Shown: piece after piece, positions 54,857 to 63,475 of the stretch
How positions within the stretch are numbered: position 1 is the stretch's first letter
Layout: each line of letters begins with the position of its first letter
Origin: Patescibacteria group bacterium
GTDB lineage: Bacteria; Patescibacteriota; Microgenomatia; 0-14-0-10-38-17
Direction: 5' to 3'
NCBI GenBank assembly: GCA_050947035.1
Contig: JBMNVW010000005.1
Span: forward strand, 1 to 63,475
Length of the DNA stretch: 63,475 nucleotides
The notes under the pieces: generated by a model
Databases searched by the model: none
The model's input: the letters and a program-made list of their open reading frames with translations, nothing else
What the model was told of the DNA's origin: nothing
Program-made: the position numbers and the translations under genes

Positions 54857-55537
54857 ATGAGTAAAAATTATTCTCTCCAAAGCCTGCCACCGGAAGAACG
54901 GCCCCGGGAAAGACTAAAACAATTAGGGGCAGAAAATCTTTCCCTTCAAGAACTCCTGGCCTTGGTTATCGGCCGCGGCACTAAAAACAAAAATGTTTTA
55001 CAATTAGCCCAAGAATTGCTTTCTTTCTTTGGTAATTTACAAAATCTTCGCCAAGCCTCGCTGGAAGAACTAAAACAAATTAGGGGCATCGGCCCGGCCA
55101 CGGCTTGTAAAATAAAAGCGGCCCTGGAAATAGGGAAGAGGAGTAGCAAAAACTTTCAGCAATACCAGCAAAAAATTGCCAAACCGGTTGATGTTTTCAA
55201 ACTCTTAAAACCCCAAATCGGCGATAAGAAAAAAGAACATTTCGTTTTGCTTTCTCTAGATACTAAAAACAATATTATCAACCTGGATACAATTTCTATC
55301 GGCTCCTTAAATATTAGCCTGGCCCACCCCAGGGAAATTTTCCAAACCGCCATCAAAAACTCCGCCGCCACCATTATTCTAGCCCATAATCACCCTTCCG
55401 GCGATCCCACCCCCAGCGACAACGACCTCAAAATTACCAAACGGCTATCAGAAATCAGTAAATTGGTAGGAATTAGGTTAATCGACCATATCATTATCGG
55501 TCAAAGTGGGTACTACAGTTTTAGCAACCAAGACTAA
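54857..55537 (+). CDS. radC: RadC-like JAB-domain protein
   Basis: PPEERPRERL, an HhH region (LRQASLEELKQIRGIGPATA) and the JAMM motif HNHPSGDPTPSDND. ATG at 54857 preferred. Confidence 0.9.
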   Translation: MSKNYSLQSLPPEERPRERLKQLGAENLSLQELLALVIGRGTKNKNVLQLAQELLSFFGNLQNLRQASLEELKQIRGIGPATACKIKAALEIGKRSSKNFQQYQQKIAKPVDVFKLLKPQIGDKKKEHFVLLSLDTKNNIINLDTISIGSLNISLAHPREIFQTAIKNSAATIILAHNHPSGDPTPSDNDLKITKRLSEISKLVGIRLIDHIIIGQSGYYSFSNQD

Positions 55538-55585
55538 AAGGCCAAAAATCGGCCGGAAAGCAATATCAATGATAAAATAAGAGCA

Positions 55586-56515
55586 ATGCTGTTCAAAAAG
55601 GGGAGTAACGATAATCTAACTCCGGTTAAAAGGAAGAATATAAAGCTGGAAAAATCCCTCCAAAGCTTAACAGAAAAAAATTTGGAGGCGATTTTTGGTT
55701 TAGAATTTATTTCCACCGAGTTTCAAGTTGACAATCTTCGAATCGACACCCTCGCCTTTGATAACGAAACTCAGTCTTTTGTCATTATCGAATACAAAAG
55801 AAACCGAAGTTTTAGCGTTGTCGATCAAGGTTTTGCTTACCTTTCCCAAATGTTAAATAAAAAAGCCGAATTTATTTTAGAATATAACGAAAAAAGGGAA
55901 CAGAACCTCAAAAGAAACGATATCGATTGGTCGCAATCGCGCATAATTTTTATCGCCGGCTCCTTTACAACCCACCAGCAAAAAGCCATTAACTTTCAAG
56001 ATTTACCGATTGAGTTATGGGAAGTAGAAGAATATAAAAATAGCCTGATTAAATATGAACAATTAAAAACTCCCGGCGCCACCGCTTCAATCAAGGACCT
56101 TGGCACAAGTCAAACTATCTCAAGGATTAGTCAAGAAGTAAAGAAATACACTATAGAGGACCATTTTCACGAAGGATGGGATAATTCAAGAGAGTTGTTT
56201 GAGGAAATTAGAGAAAGGATATTAAGTCTCGACGATCAAATCGAGGAAAACCCCGTTAAGCATTATATTGGTTATAAAATCGCTGGTAGTGTTTTAACCG
56301 CAATAAGAATACAAAAATCTAAACTGATAGTTGACCTAAATAGAGTTCAGCCTAAAGATCTGGAAGATCCGGAAAAGGAAGTTTATTACCAAAAAAACAG
56401 TATGAAATATTACAATAAGCATATGAGTCAATTCAATATTAAGAAATCCGAAGACATCGATTACGCCATATTTCTAATCAAACAACTGCACAAAAAATTC
56501 GCGGATGAGTTTTAA
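55586..56515 (+). CDS. PD-(D/E)XK (NucS/DUF91-like) nuclease-domain protein with a DUF5655-like C-terminus
   Basis: LRIDTLAFDNETQSFVIIEYKRNRSFSVVDQGFAYL matches the D..ExK core of NucS-type nucleases. The C-terminal half is of a type I recall as common next to R-M loci. Confidence 0.55.
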   Translation: MLFKKGSNDNLTPVKRKNIKLEKSLQSLTEKNLEAIFGLEFISTEFQVDNLRIDTLAFDNETQSFVIIEYKRNRSFSVVDQGFAYLSQMLNKKAEFILEYNEKREQNLKRNDIDWSQSRIIFIAGSFTTHQQKAINFQDLPIELWEVEEYKNSLIKYEQLKTPGATASIKDLGTSQTISRISQEVKKYTIEDHFHEGWDNSRELFEEIRERILSLDDQIEENPVKHYIGYKIAGSVLTAIRIQKSKLIVDLNRVQPKDLEDPEKEVYYQKNSMKYYNKHMSQFNIKKSEDIDYAIFLIKQLHKKFADEF

Positions 56516-56518
56516 ATC

Positions 56519-56650
56519 ATGAACGGAAAAAAACACAATGAAATTGTAAGTTTTATTTGGAGCATTGCTGATGATGTTCTTCGAGATGTTTTTAATAGGG
56601 GAAAATATAGAGACGTAATCTTGCCTTTATTGCTTAACCATAAGGGTTAA
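56519..56650 (+). pseudogene. hsdM: Remnant of a type I R-M methyltransferase (HsdM N-terminus, 43 codons)
   Basis: MNGKKHNEIVSFIWSIADDVLRDVFNRGKYRDVILPLLL matches the conserved HsdM N-terminal helix region (..W..AD.LR......Y..VILPL..). It then stops. No remaining hsdM, hsdS or hsdR follows. Confidence 0.55.
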
Positions 56651-57222
56651 TCCAAACTATCCAGTTTTTCTCTAGCAAAAATGTCTTCTTGCCAATCAAA
56701 ACGACGAATCCGATCAAAATTATAAAAAGCAATATGGCTGGCTTTCTCGATCAACGGCATATTAATCTTAGTTAATAGGCGATCAATTTCCGCTTCTTTC
56801 TCATCTTTGGGCACAGCCATTCCGGCACAATATTGCCAACCATTATCTTTTTCATCACGCGCCGACATGCCAACAATCATTTGATAATCATCTTCCGCCT
56901 GAGCAACGCCAAGCAAGGCTAGACCGCGATAACCAACATCATCATCTTGAGACCAAGGTTTATCATTTTGCCAAATTTCATTTTTAACCGGATAAAGGTG
57001 GGAATAATGTAACAAAGCAATAACCCCATCCACCACTCTAATTTTAGTTTCCCGAAGATAGGCCTTGGCGACAAACCTAATTTTTTTTAATAAATCCTCT
57101 GGATTAGAAAAGACCCAATCTAATTGATGTAAAAATTTAACCTCTTCATCTTCTAGCAATAGTCCGCCAACAAAACAATGGTCAGGAAAATCGTCCTTAG
57201 TAATCTTTATTTTAGAATTCAT
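56647..57222 (-). CDS. Hypothetical protein
   Basis: 191-aa ORF with no recognised motif. Confidence 0.45.
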   Translation of the reverse strand: MNSKIKITKDDFPDHCFVGGLLLEDEEVKFLHQLDWVFSNPEDLLKKIRFVAKAYLRETKIRVVDGVIALLHYSHLYPVKNEIWQNDKPWSQDDDVGYRGLALLGVAQAEDDYQMIVGMSARDEKDNGWQYCAGMAVPKDEKEAEIDRLLTKINMPLIEKASHIAFYNFDRIRRFDWQEDIFAREKLDSLD

Positions 57223-57394
57223 GCCAATTCAAATTTATTTTACAATAAAAAACAGCCTAAAACCTAGCCACCTGGCCAACTAGACAGAACGATGGGCTTC
57301 TGTTAGAATAGGGAAAACCGAAGAAAACACAAAACTTATCTCAAGAATTAGAGTTAATGGTAAAATAGAAACATTGAAAATTTAGGCAAGAAAA

Positions 57395-59146
57395 ATGGCA
57401 AAAAACCTTTTTGACGAATTAAAATCTCTTCTTGAAAAAGATGAACGGTTGGTTAGCGAAGGCAAATTGTTAAAAAATAAAATCGTCGAGTCAGCCATAG
57501 TTTTAGATAAAGACCTTCTTGAACCTCTCCTATCTCACCCAAAAATCAAAGAAATATTCTTTACTCAAGTTGGCAAGACAACCGTTTTTGATAAAGACAA
57601 ATTCATTAAATTCATTGCCAACAAGCAATTCCTTCCGGACAGCTACACCGCCTTTAAAAATAAGATTGGGCTAGTTAATAACGACGAATTTATCAGCCAA
57701 AAAGAAGAAGTTGTTCTTGCCTGGCCTTATAAAGACTGTGTTTTGGAGGGTGGGCAAACCAAAGAAGAGGTAAAAAGAGAAGAAATTTTTTGGAACCAAG
57801 CCTTGGCACCAGATGAAATCAGTCGTCTTTTAGACCCCAAAGTTTTTACTAATGCCAAACGAGTAGACAAAAACGGCGAACATCGTTTCGGTCATTCTGA
57901 ACTTGATTCAAAATCCTTTTTTAATCACCGAAAAGACGGCGCTATTTCTGATAACTTAATTATCAAAGGCAACAACCTTTTAGCTCTTCATTCCCTTAGA
58001 AAACAATTCGCCGGAAAAGTAAAATTAATTTACATTGACCCGCCATACAATACCGGCAATGATTCATTTGGTTATAACGATCGCTTTAACCACTCTTCTT
58101 GGTTAACCTTTATAAAAAACCGACTAGAAGTAGCACAAGAGGTTCTTTCTAAAGATGGAACTATATATATTCATATTGATCACAATGAGTCTGCCTATCT
58201 AAAAATCTTGATGGACGAGATCTTCGGTCGAAAAAACTTTTTGAATGAAATTGTATGGGCCTATAAGGAGAGAGAGACTTCTACACGATTTTATAATCGC
58301 AAACATGACACAATACTTTTTTATGCGAAGGATGCTTTATCGGCGTATCCTTTTAACTATGATGAAATTCGCGAAGATTATTCATCTGTAACCATAAGAA
58401 AATTTAAATATATAGACAAAAATGGTAGACGCTATAGATTACGTACCAAGGACGGAAGAAATGATCCGGCAGAAGAATCAGAAAATACATACAGACAATA
58501 TCTTAATAAGGAAAGCGGCCCGTTACCCAGAGACTGGTTCATTATGCCCTTTGTAAATCAAGCTGCAAAAGAGAGGGTTTTTGACACACAAAAACCGGAA
58601 GCCCTACTTAAGCGACTTATTACCGCCTCAACAAATCCAGGAGATATTGTATTAGATTTCTTTGCCGGAAGCGGTACAACTGGAGCCGTGGCTCATAAAA
58701 TGAAAAGGCAATACATTCTAATAGAACAACTAGAAGAACATACAGAAATTCTCCAAGAACGCCTTAAAAAGGTTATTGCTGGTGAACAGGGCGGCATTTC
58801 AAAAGAGGTCAATTGGAAGGGGGGCGGTGATTTTGTCTATATGGAATTGGCAAAATGGAATGAGGTTTTCGTTGAGCAAATTAAAAAAGCCAAAACAAGC
58901 AAAGATTTACAAAACCTTTGGGAAACATTAAAAGAAAAGGCCCACTTAAGCCATAAAATTGACATTACTACATTCGATAATAGCGCTAAGGAATTTCCCA
59001 ATCTGTCACTCAAAAATCAAAAAAGATTTCTCCTAGAAACCCTAGACCAAAATCATCTTTATGTTAATTACAGCGAGATTGAAGATGAGGAGTATGGAGT
59101 AAGTGCGAAAGATAAAAAATTAAATAAAGAGTTTTATGGCGAATAA
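57395..59146 (+). CDS. mod: Type III restriction-modification DNA methyltransferase (Mod), beta-class amino-MTase
   Basis: Catalytic motif IV IYIDPPYNTGND precedes SAM motif I LDFFAGSGTTG (beta permutation). The variable middle is a putative target-recognition region. Followed in the operon by a Res helicase-nuclease. Confidence 0.9.
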   Translation: MAKNLFDELKSLLEKDERLVSEGKLLKNKIVESAIVLDKDLLEPLLSHPKIKEIFFTQVGKTTVFDKDKFIKFIANKQFLPDSYTAFKNKIGLVNNDEFISQKEEVVLAWPYKDCVLEGGQTKEEVKREEIFWNQALAPDEISRLLDPKVFTNAKRVDKNGEHRFGHSELDSKSFFNHRKDGAISDNLIIKGNNLLALHSLRKQFAGKVKLIYIDPPYNTGNDSFGYNDRFNHSSWLTFIKNRLEVAQEVLSKDGTIYIHIDHNESAYLKILMDEIFGRKNFLNEIVWAYKERETSTRFYNRKHDTILFYAKDALSAYPFNYDEIREDYSSVTIRKFKYIDKNGRRYRLRTKDGRNDPAEESENTYRQYLNKESGPLPRDWFIMPFVNQAAKERVFDTQKPEALLKRLITASTNPGDIVLDFFAGSGTTGAVAHKMKRQYILIEQLEEHTEILQERLKKVIAGEQGGISKEVNWKGGGDFVYMELAKWNEVFVEQIKKAKTSKDLQNLWETLKEKAHLSHKIDITTFDNSAKEFPNLSLKNQKRFLLETLDQNHLYVNYSEIEDEEYGVSAKDKKLNKEFYGE

Positions 59147-59975
59147 AAAATTTCTAGAAGAATATCCATTATATAGGAAGTTCTTAACCGAACTTAAAAC
59201 CTATCATCGTTTGAGCGATATTCCTAAGCCCTCTATTCATATGCATTGCAAGCAATGTCAATCGGGGCAGACTTTTAATATGGTCAACGAATACAACGAA
59301 ATTGATTATTACTCAAATAATAAAATTCCTGGCATTGTCATCAGATTAAAATATAAGTGTACTGGCTGCCATAACTATATAAGATATTTTCTAGTCCATT
59401 TTGCTACCGCTGAAATAGAAGTTAAAAATGACAAGGGAGAAAAAGAATATCAGGAAGTTATTTATATGGAAAAAGTTGGTCAATATCCGGCTTGGAGTAT
59501 TGAAATGGACAAGGAATTGGAAGAAATACTTGGCGATCATGCTGAATATTATAAAAGAGGTTTAATATGCGAATCTCAAAGTTATGGCATTGGTGCTTAT
59601 GCTTACTTTCGTAGAGTGACCGAAGATGTAGTTGATGACTTGCTAGAATTAATCTTGGATTTAGTGGAAGAAGATGAGCAAGAAAAATACAAAGAAAAGC
59701 TAGAAGAAGCAAAAAAGGAAAAGGTTGCGGAGAAAAAGATAAATTTAGTAAAAGATTTATTGCCAAAATCTCTTCAAGTTGAAGGAGTGAATCCCCTCAA
59801 GGAGTTATATAGAGTGTTAAGTAAAGGAGTACACAATAAGACAGACGAAGAATGTATGGAAAAGGCCGAAGCGATTCGTGGTATTTTAGTTTTTCTTGTC
59901 AATCAAGTTATCAGAACGAAAAAAGATAAAAAATCATTTACTGAGGGCATGAAAAAGATTTTGAATAGCAAATAA
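59136..59975 (+). CDS. Zinc-ribbon plus DUF4145-like helical protein embedded in the R-M operon
   Basis: CKQC ... CTGC four-Cys pair, then a helical region (YAYFRRVTEDVVDDLL ... LSKGVHNK) of the DUF4145 type. Overlaps the mod stop by 11 nt. Confidence 0.45.
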   Translation: MANKKFLEEYPLYRKFLTELKTYHRLSDIPKPSIHMHCKQCQSGQTFNMVNEYNEIDYYSNNKIPGIVIRLKYKCTGCHNYIRYFLVHFATAEIEVKNDKGEKEYQEVIYMEKVGQYPAWSIEMDKELEEILGDHAEYYKRGLICESQSYGIGAYAYFRRVTEDVVDDLLELILDLVEEDEQEKYKEKLEEAKKEKVAEKKINLVKDLLPKSLQVEGVNPLKELYRVLSKGVHNKTDEECMEKAEAIRGILVFLVNQVIRTKKDKKSFTEGMKKILNSK

Positions 59976-59982
59976 TAATTTT

Positions 59983-60879
59983 ATGGCTGATCCGTTTACA
60001 ATTCGCATATTTGTGCCAGAAGGAAATCCGGAAAGTGTAAGGATTATTGATAGGTTAAGTTCTACAGGCATATTTTTTGCGTTTCCGCGGGCCAAGTGGG
60101 GCGATTTGCGTCATCGGCAAGAATTAAATCAAGCTGGAATTTATATTTTAAGCGGCTATGCCGATCCAGAAGATGAGTTGCCTACTATTTATGTTGGACA
60201 GGCAGATGTTGTCAGGAATAGGATTGATCAGCACATAAAAAACAAAGATTTTTGGGATAAGGCAGTTATTTTTGTTTCAGCAAATAAAATGAATGCTACT
60301 CATGCACGATGGCTCGAATATGCTTTGGTAAAACGTGCAGTGGAAGCGAATAGAAGCAAACTGGAAAATGGTAATAGTCCGCAGGAGCCGTCTATATCAG
60401 AATCAGAAAAAGCTGATATGAAAGTTTTCTTGCGAGAGATCTATCAAACATTGCCATTGGTTGGAATGAATGTGTTTGAAATACCAAAAACTGTTGCGCA
60501 GCCGCAAACACAAAAACAGCAAAAGAATGAAAAGAATACTATCATTGTTCCCGCACAGGAGGATGGCTTTAAAAGAGTATTTCTTGGAGAAAATGCATGG
60601 TGGGCAGTGAGAATTTCCGGAGGTATGCTTGAAAAAATTAAATACATCGCAGCATACCAAACGGCGCCAGTATCGGCTATCACGCATGTAGCACCGGTTA
60701 ACAGGATTGAACCTTATGGCGAGGAAGGAAAATATAAACTCATATTTTCTGAACCGGCGAACAAGCTTAAAAGGCCAATTCCATTCGGAAATTCTCCTCA
60801 AGGTTTAATGCAGGGTCCAAAATATACGATTTTTAACAAATTAAAAACAGCACAAAAAATTGCTGATTTGCTTAATTAA
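59983..60879 (+). CDS. GIY-YIG nuclease-domain protein with a DUF4357-like C-terminus
   Basis: AGIYILSG ... TIYVGQADVVRNRIDQH ... ARWLEYALV (GIY-YIG core). C-terminal beta-rich region. 2 nt before the res ATG. Confidence 0.6.
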   Translation: MADPFTIRIFVPEGNPESVRIIDRLSSTGIFFAFPRAKWGDLRHRQELNQAGIYILSGYADPEDELPTIYVGQADVVRNRIDQHIKNKDFWDKAVIFVSANKMNATHARWLEYALVKRAVEANRSKLENGNSPQEPSISESEKADMKVFLREIYQTLPLVGMNVFEIPKTVAQPQTQKQQKNEKNTIIVPAQEDGFKRVFLGENAWWAVRISGGMLEKIKYIAAYQTAPVSAITHVAPVNRIEPYGEEGKYKLIFSEPANKLKRPIPFGNSPQGLMQGPKYTIFNKLKTAQKIADLLN

Positions 60880-60881
60880 CT

Positions 60882-63475
60882 ATGCTTTACCAAACCTTCA
60901 ATTCGATAAAAGAGTCCTTTGGCCAAGATTATTTTATTTCCCGCCTTGACGATCAAATAGTCCAAAACCTAAACTCAAAATTCGAGTTGCGAGAATACCA
61001 AAAAGAAGCCTTAGGAAGATTTGATTTTTACTTTAGCGAATACCAAAAACGGGCTCATCCGGCCCAACTACTTTTTCATATGGCTACCGGGTCCGGCAAA
61101 ACCCTTATTATGGCCGCCAACATCCTCCAGCTTTACCAAAAGGGTTATCGAAACTTTATTTTTTTTGTTAACAGCACTAATATTATCGAAAAAACCCGGG
61201 ACAATTTTTTGAATGAAATTTCAAGCAAATATTTGTTCTCCGAAAAAATAAAATTTGGTGAAAAAGAAGTAAAAATAAAAGAGGTCGATAACTTTGAAGC
61301 GGCCAACCAGGATAATATTAATATTGTCTTTACCACCATTCAGGGTTTGCACACTAGATTAAACTATCCTAAAGAAAACGCCCTAACATATGAGGACTTT
61401 GAAAATAAAGAAATTGTTCTTATTTCTGACGAGGCCCACCATATCAACACCTTAACTAAATCAAAACTTAATAAAACAGAGCAGGAAGAGGTTCACAGTT
61501 GGGAGGGGACAGTCGAGCGAATTTTCCAAGCCAGTCCCAAAAATATTTTGCTAGAGTTTACCGCCACAATTGATCTATCTAACCCCGCCATTAACGAAAA
61601 ATACCAAGACAAAATTATTTTCCAATACGATCTTAAACAATTCAGGCTAGACGGCTATTCCAAAGAAATTGAAGTGTTGGAGGCTGATATGGAACCAGTT
61701 GATCGAGCCTTGCAAGCAATAATTATCAGTCAGTATCGGCGAAAAATTGCCGAAAAAAACGGCATTCCTCTAAAACCGGTGGTAATGTTTAAGGCCAATT
61801 ATGTTAACCCGCCCTCAAAACCCAACCCCAATGCGGTGGTTTCGGCTCAGTTTAAGGAAGAATTTCTAAAAAAAATAAAAAATTTACAGCCCCGGGACTT
61901 GGCTAAATTTAAAAATAGCCGCAGTAAGGTATTGCAAAAAGCCTTTGAATATTTTGCCAACAATAAAATTAGCCTAGAAAATTTAATTTTAGAAATCCAA
62001 AATGACTTTGACGAGACAAAATGCTTATCGGTAGACTCAAACGAAGATAAAGAAAAAAACCAGGTTTTAGTTAATACCCTAGAAGCAGAAGATAATGAAA
62101 TTCGAGCGGTATTTGCAGTGGAAATGTTAAACGAGGGTTGGGATGTTTTAAACCTGTTTGATATTGTCCGGCTTTATGATACCCGCGATGCTAACAAAAA
62201 TAGGCCAGGTAAAACCACTATGGCTGAGGCTCAATTAATTGGCCGAGGGGCAAGATACTACCCTTTTGTTACTGGTAACGAGCAAGATCAATTTAAAAGA
62301 AAATTTGATCAAGAAACCAATAATGAATTGCGAATCCTAGAACAGCTTTATTATCACAGCGCCCATAACCCCCGCTATATCCAAGAGCTAAAAACCGCCC
62401 TTACCGATATCGGCATTATGCCGGAAAAATATATTCAAAAAGAAATTTTTGTTAAAAATTCGTTTAAGAAAACGGATTTTTGGAAAAAGGGGGTTATCTT
62501 CTTAAACGAAAGGGTTAAAAACCCCAAAGAAAATATTTTTAGCTTAGATGATGCCAACATTGCCAAAGAACATAGCTTTCAATTAAAAACAGGGGAGGCA
62601 ACAGAAGAAACCCTGCTAGGACAGGCAGTTGATTTTAACGATCAAAATTTCTCTACTGAACCCTCAAGGAAGGTTTATTTTTTGGCCGATTTTGATGAGA
62701 ATATTGTTCGAGCGGCGCTTGACAGAATCGAATTCTATCAGTTTGCTAACCTAAAAGGATATTTCCCTAATCTTAAATCAGTTTCGGAGTTTATTACATC
62801 TAGCAAGTATCTTGCCGGCGTTAGAATCGAAGTTACTGGCGCTAAGAAGGCAATAAAAAATTTATCCTCTTTAGAAAAATTGGCTATTAGCTTATTTGTT
62901 TTGAAAAAAATTGCTCAAGAGGCGAAAGCAAACACTGCCGAATATATAGGAACCAGACTGTTCAGGGTAAAGCAAATTAAAGATGTGTTTGCCGATAGTA
63001 AGGTTATCAAGCTAGCAAACGACGATGAAAGGGTAAGAGATATTAGGGAAATAAATTTAGCGGCTAAGTCCTGGTTTGCTCAAAACGATTTTTATGGTAC
63101 CAGTGAGGAAGAAAGCTTTATTGACTTTTTTGAAAAAAGTTTAGATTTTATGAGAAAAAAATATGACAAAGTAGCATTATTAAGAAACGAAAGACATTTT
63201 AAGATATTTGATTTTGAAGAGGGAAGAGCTTTTGAGCCGGACTTCTTGCTAATCTTAAAAAAGAAAAGCTCACAAAAAAATACCGTTCTTCAGGTATTTA
63301 TCGAACCAAAAGGTGATCAATTCAAAGACGCCGATGGCGGTTTTGAGCAGTCAAAAGAGGGCTGGAAGCAAAAATTACTTTTAGGGTTAGAAAAAGAATC
63401 CAAATTAGATTTGAAACTGGAAAATGAGAATTTTAAATTGTTGGTCTTACCTTTTTATAACGAAAGCTTAAAACA
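60882..63475 (+). CDS. res: Type III restriction enzyme Res subunit (SF2 helicase plus C-terminal endonuclease), 3' end outside window
   Basis: Not in the ORF track because no stop is reached. I translated the frame by hand, and it is open from the ATG at 60882 to the window end. Walker A MATGSGKT, DEAH box LISDEAHH, motif VI-like QLIGRGAR and a C-terminal EPKG nuclease-type region. Confidence 0.9.
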   Translation, partial: MLYQTFNSIKESFGQDYFISRLDDQIVQNLNSKFELREYQKEALGRFDFYFSEYQKRAHPAQLLFHMATGSGKTLIMAANILQLYQKGYRNFIFFVNSTNIIEKTRDNFLNEISSKYLFSEKIKFGEKEVKIKEVDNFEAANQDNINIVFTTIQGLHTRLNYPKENALTYEDFENKEIVLISDEAHHINTLTKSKLNKTEQEEVHSWEGTVERIFQASPKNILLEFTATIDLSNPAINEKYQDKIIFQYDLKQFRLDGYSKEIEVLEADMEPVDRALQAIIISQYRRKIAEKNGIPLKPVVMFKANYVNPPSKPNPNAVVSAQFKEEFLKKIKNLQPRDLAKFKNSRSKVLQKAFEYFANNKISLENLILEIQNDFDETKCLSVDSNEDKEKNQVLVNTLEAEDNEIRAVFAVEMLNEGWDVLNLFDIVRLYDTRDANKNRPGKTTMAEAQLIGRGARYYPFVTGNEQDQFKRKFDQETNNELRILEQLYYHSAHNPRYIQELKTALTDIGIMPEKYIQKEIFVKNSFKKTDFWKKGVIFLNERVKNPKENIFSLDDANIAKEHSFQLKTGEATEETLLGQAVDFNDQNFSTEPSRKVYFLADFDENIVRAALDRIEFYQFANLKGYFPNLKSVSEFITSSKYLAGVRIEVTGAKKAIKNLSSLEKLAISLFVLKKIAQEAKANTAEYIGTRLFRVKQIKDVFADSKVIKLANDDERVRDIREINLAAKSWFAQNDFYGTSEEESFIDFFEKSLDFMRKKYDKVALLRNERHFKIFDFEEGRAFEPDFLLILKKKSSQKNTVLQVFIEPKGDQFKDADGGFEQSKEGWKQKLLLGLEKESKLDLKLENENFKLLVLPFYNESLK

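Noticed and set aside
43538-57300. Prophage or integrative conjugative element
   Set aside because: No integrase, terminase, capsid, tail, relaxase or T4SS genes are present. The only mobility gene in the window is the RAYT at 29911.
59458-60801. Antisense ORFs 59458..59766, 60403..60801, 60444..60683 in the R-M operon
   Set aside because: They are shadows of the plus-strand operon genes and have no motif support.
61021-61339. Track ORFs 61021..61212(+) and 61145..61339(-)
   Set aside because: They lie inside the hand-verified open res frame (60882 to window end) in other frames.
1-63475. Alternative genetic code (UGA as sense) for the whole window
   Set aside because: Long conserved genes (uvrA, uvrB, ppsA, gpmI and others) contain no in-frame TGA. 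gpmI ends at a TGA at its expected C-terminus. Several gene pairs use ATGA stop/start overlaps. Only two cargo genes show in-frame TGA, and these are reported separately.

Overview
AT-rich, gene-dense bacterial window that reads cleanly with the standard bacterial code: long housekeeping ORFs have no in-frame TGA, and there are several ATGA stop/start overlaps. All calls come from motif recognition by eye; no database search was possible. Compact housekeeping genes, a sortase with a giant LPXTG adhesin, a short UvrC and orphan transport parts suggest a small-genome, Patescibacteria/CPR-like organism (inference only).

Layout:
- 1-28.7 kb: core genes. These are holA, a phosphohexomutase, ppsA-eno-gpmI, rsmI, lexA, map and uvrB, then sortase plus a roughly 2050-codon surface protein split by one in-frame TAA, then uvrA, a transglutaminase-like protein, uvrC and secG.
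- 28.77-29.83 kb: six tRNA genes. Two are followed by a related ~110-nt element that ends in a duplicate of the host tRNA 3' end.
- 29.85-30.63 kb: an IS200/RAYT-type HUH transposase flanked by inverted CCACCTT-N-AAGGTGG hairpins, with solo copies at 8.38 and 35.20 kb.
- 31.1-34.1 kb: a tightly coupled minus-strand operon of folE, CYTH, an unknown protein, an adenylate-kinase-like protein and ASCH.
- 35.7-43.5 kb: a two-component system, hydrolases and secreted or membrane hypotheticals.
- 43.8-54.7 kb: two ~5 kb cargo cassettes, each preceded by a diverged copy of the 3' end plus downstream region of the metallophosphoesterase gene at 53986-54630.
- 54.8-63.5 kb: a defence-type island with radC, a PD-(D/E)XK protein, an hsdM remnant and a type III R-M operon carrying two extra genes.

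Best candidate for an undescribed system: both cargo cassettes pair an S66 (LD-carboxypeptidase/MccF-like) peptidase with a class II aminoacyl-tRNA-synthetase-derived protein (AlaRS catalytic-domain paralogue; LysRS-derived mini-protein). They also carry nucleotide-metabolism folds (two dCTP-deaminase-like proteins, an NDK-like protein, a SAM methyltransferase). The tRNA-linked elements and the folE-CYTH operon are the next most interesting. All functional interpretations of these are hypotheses.
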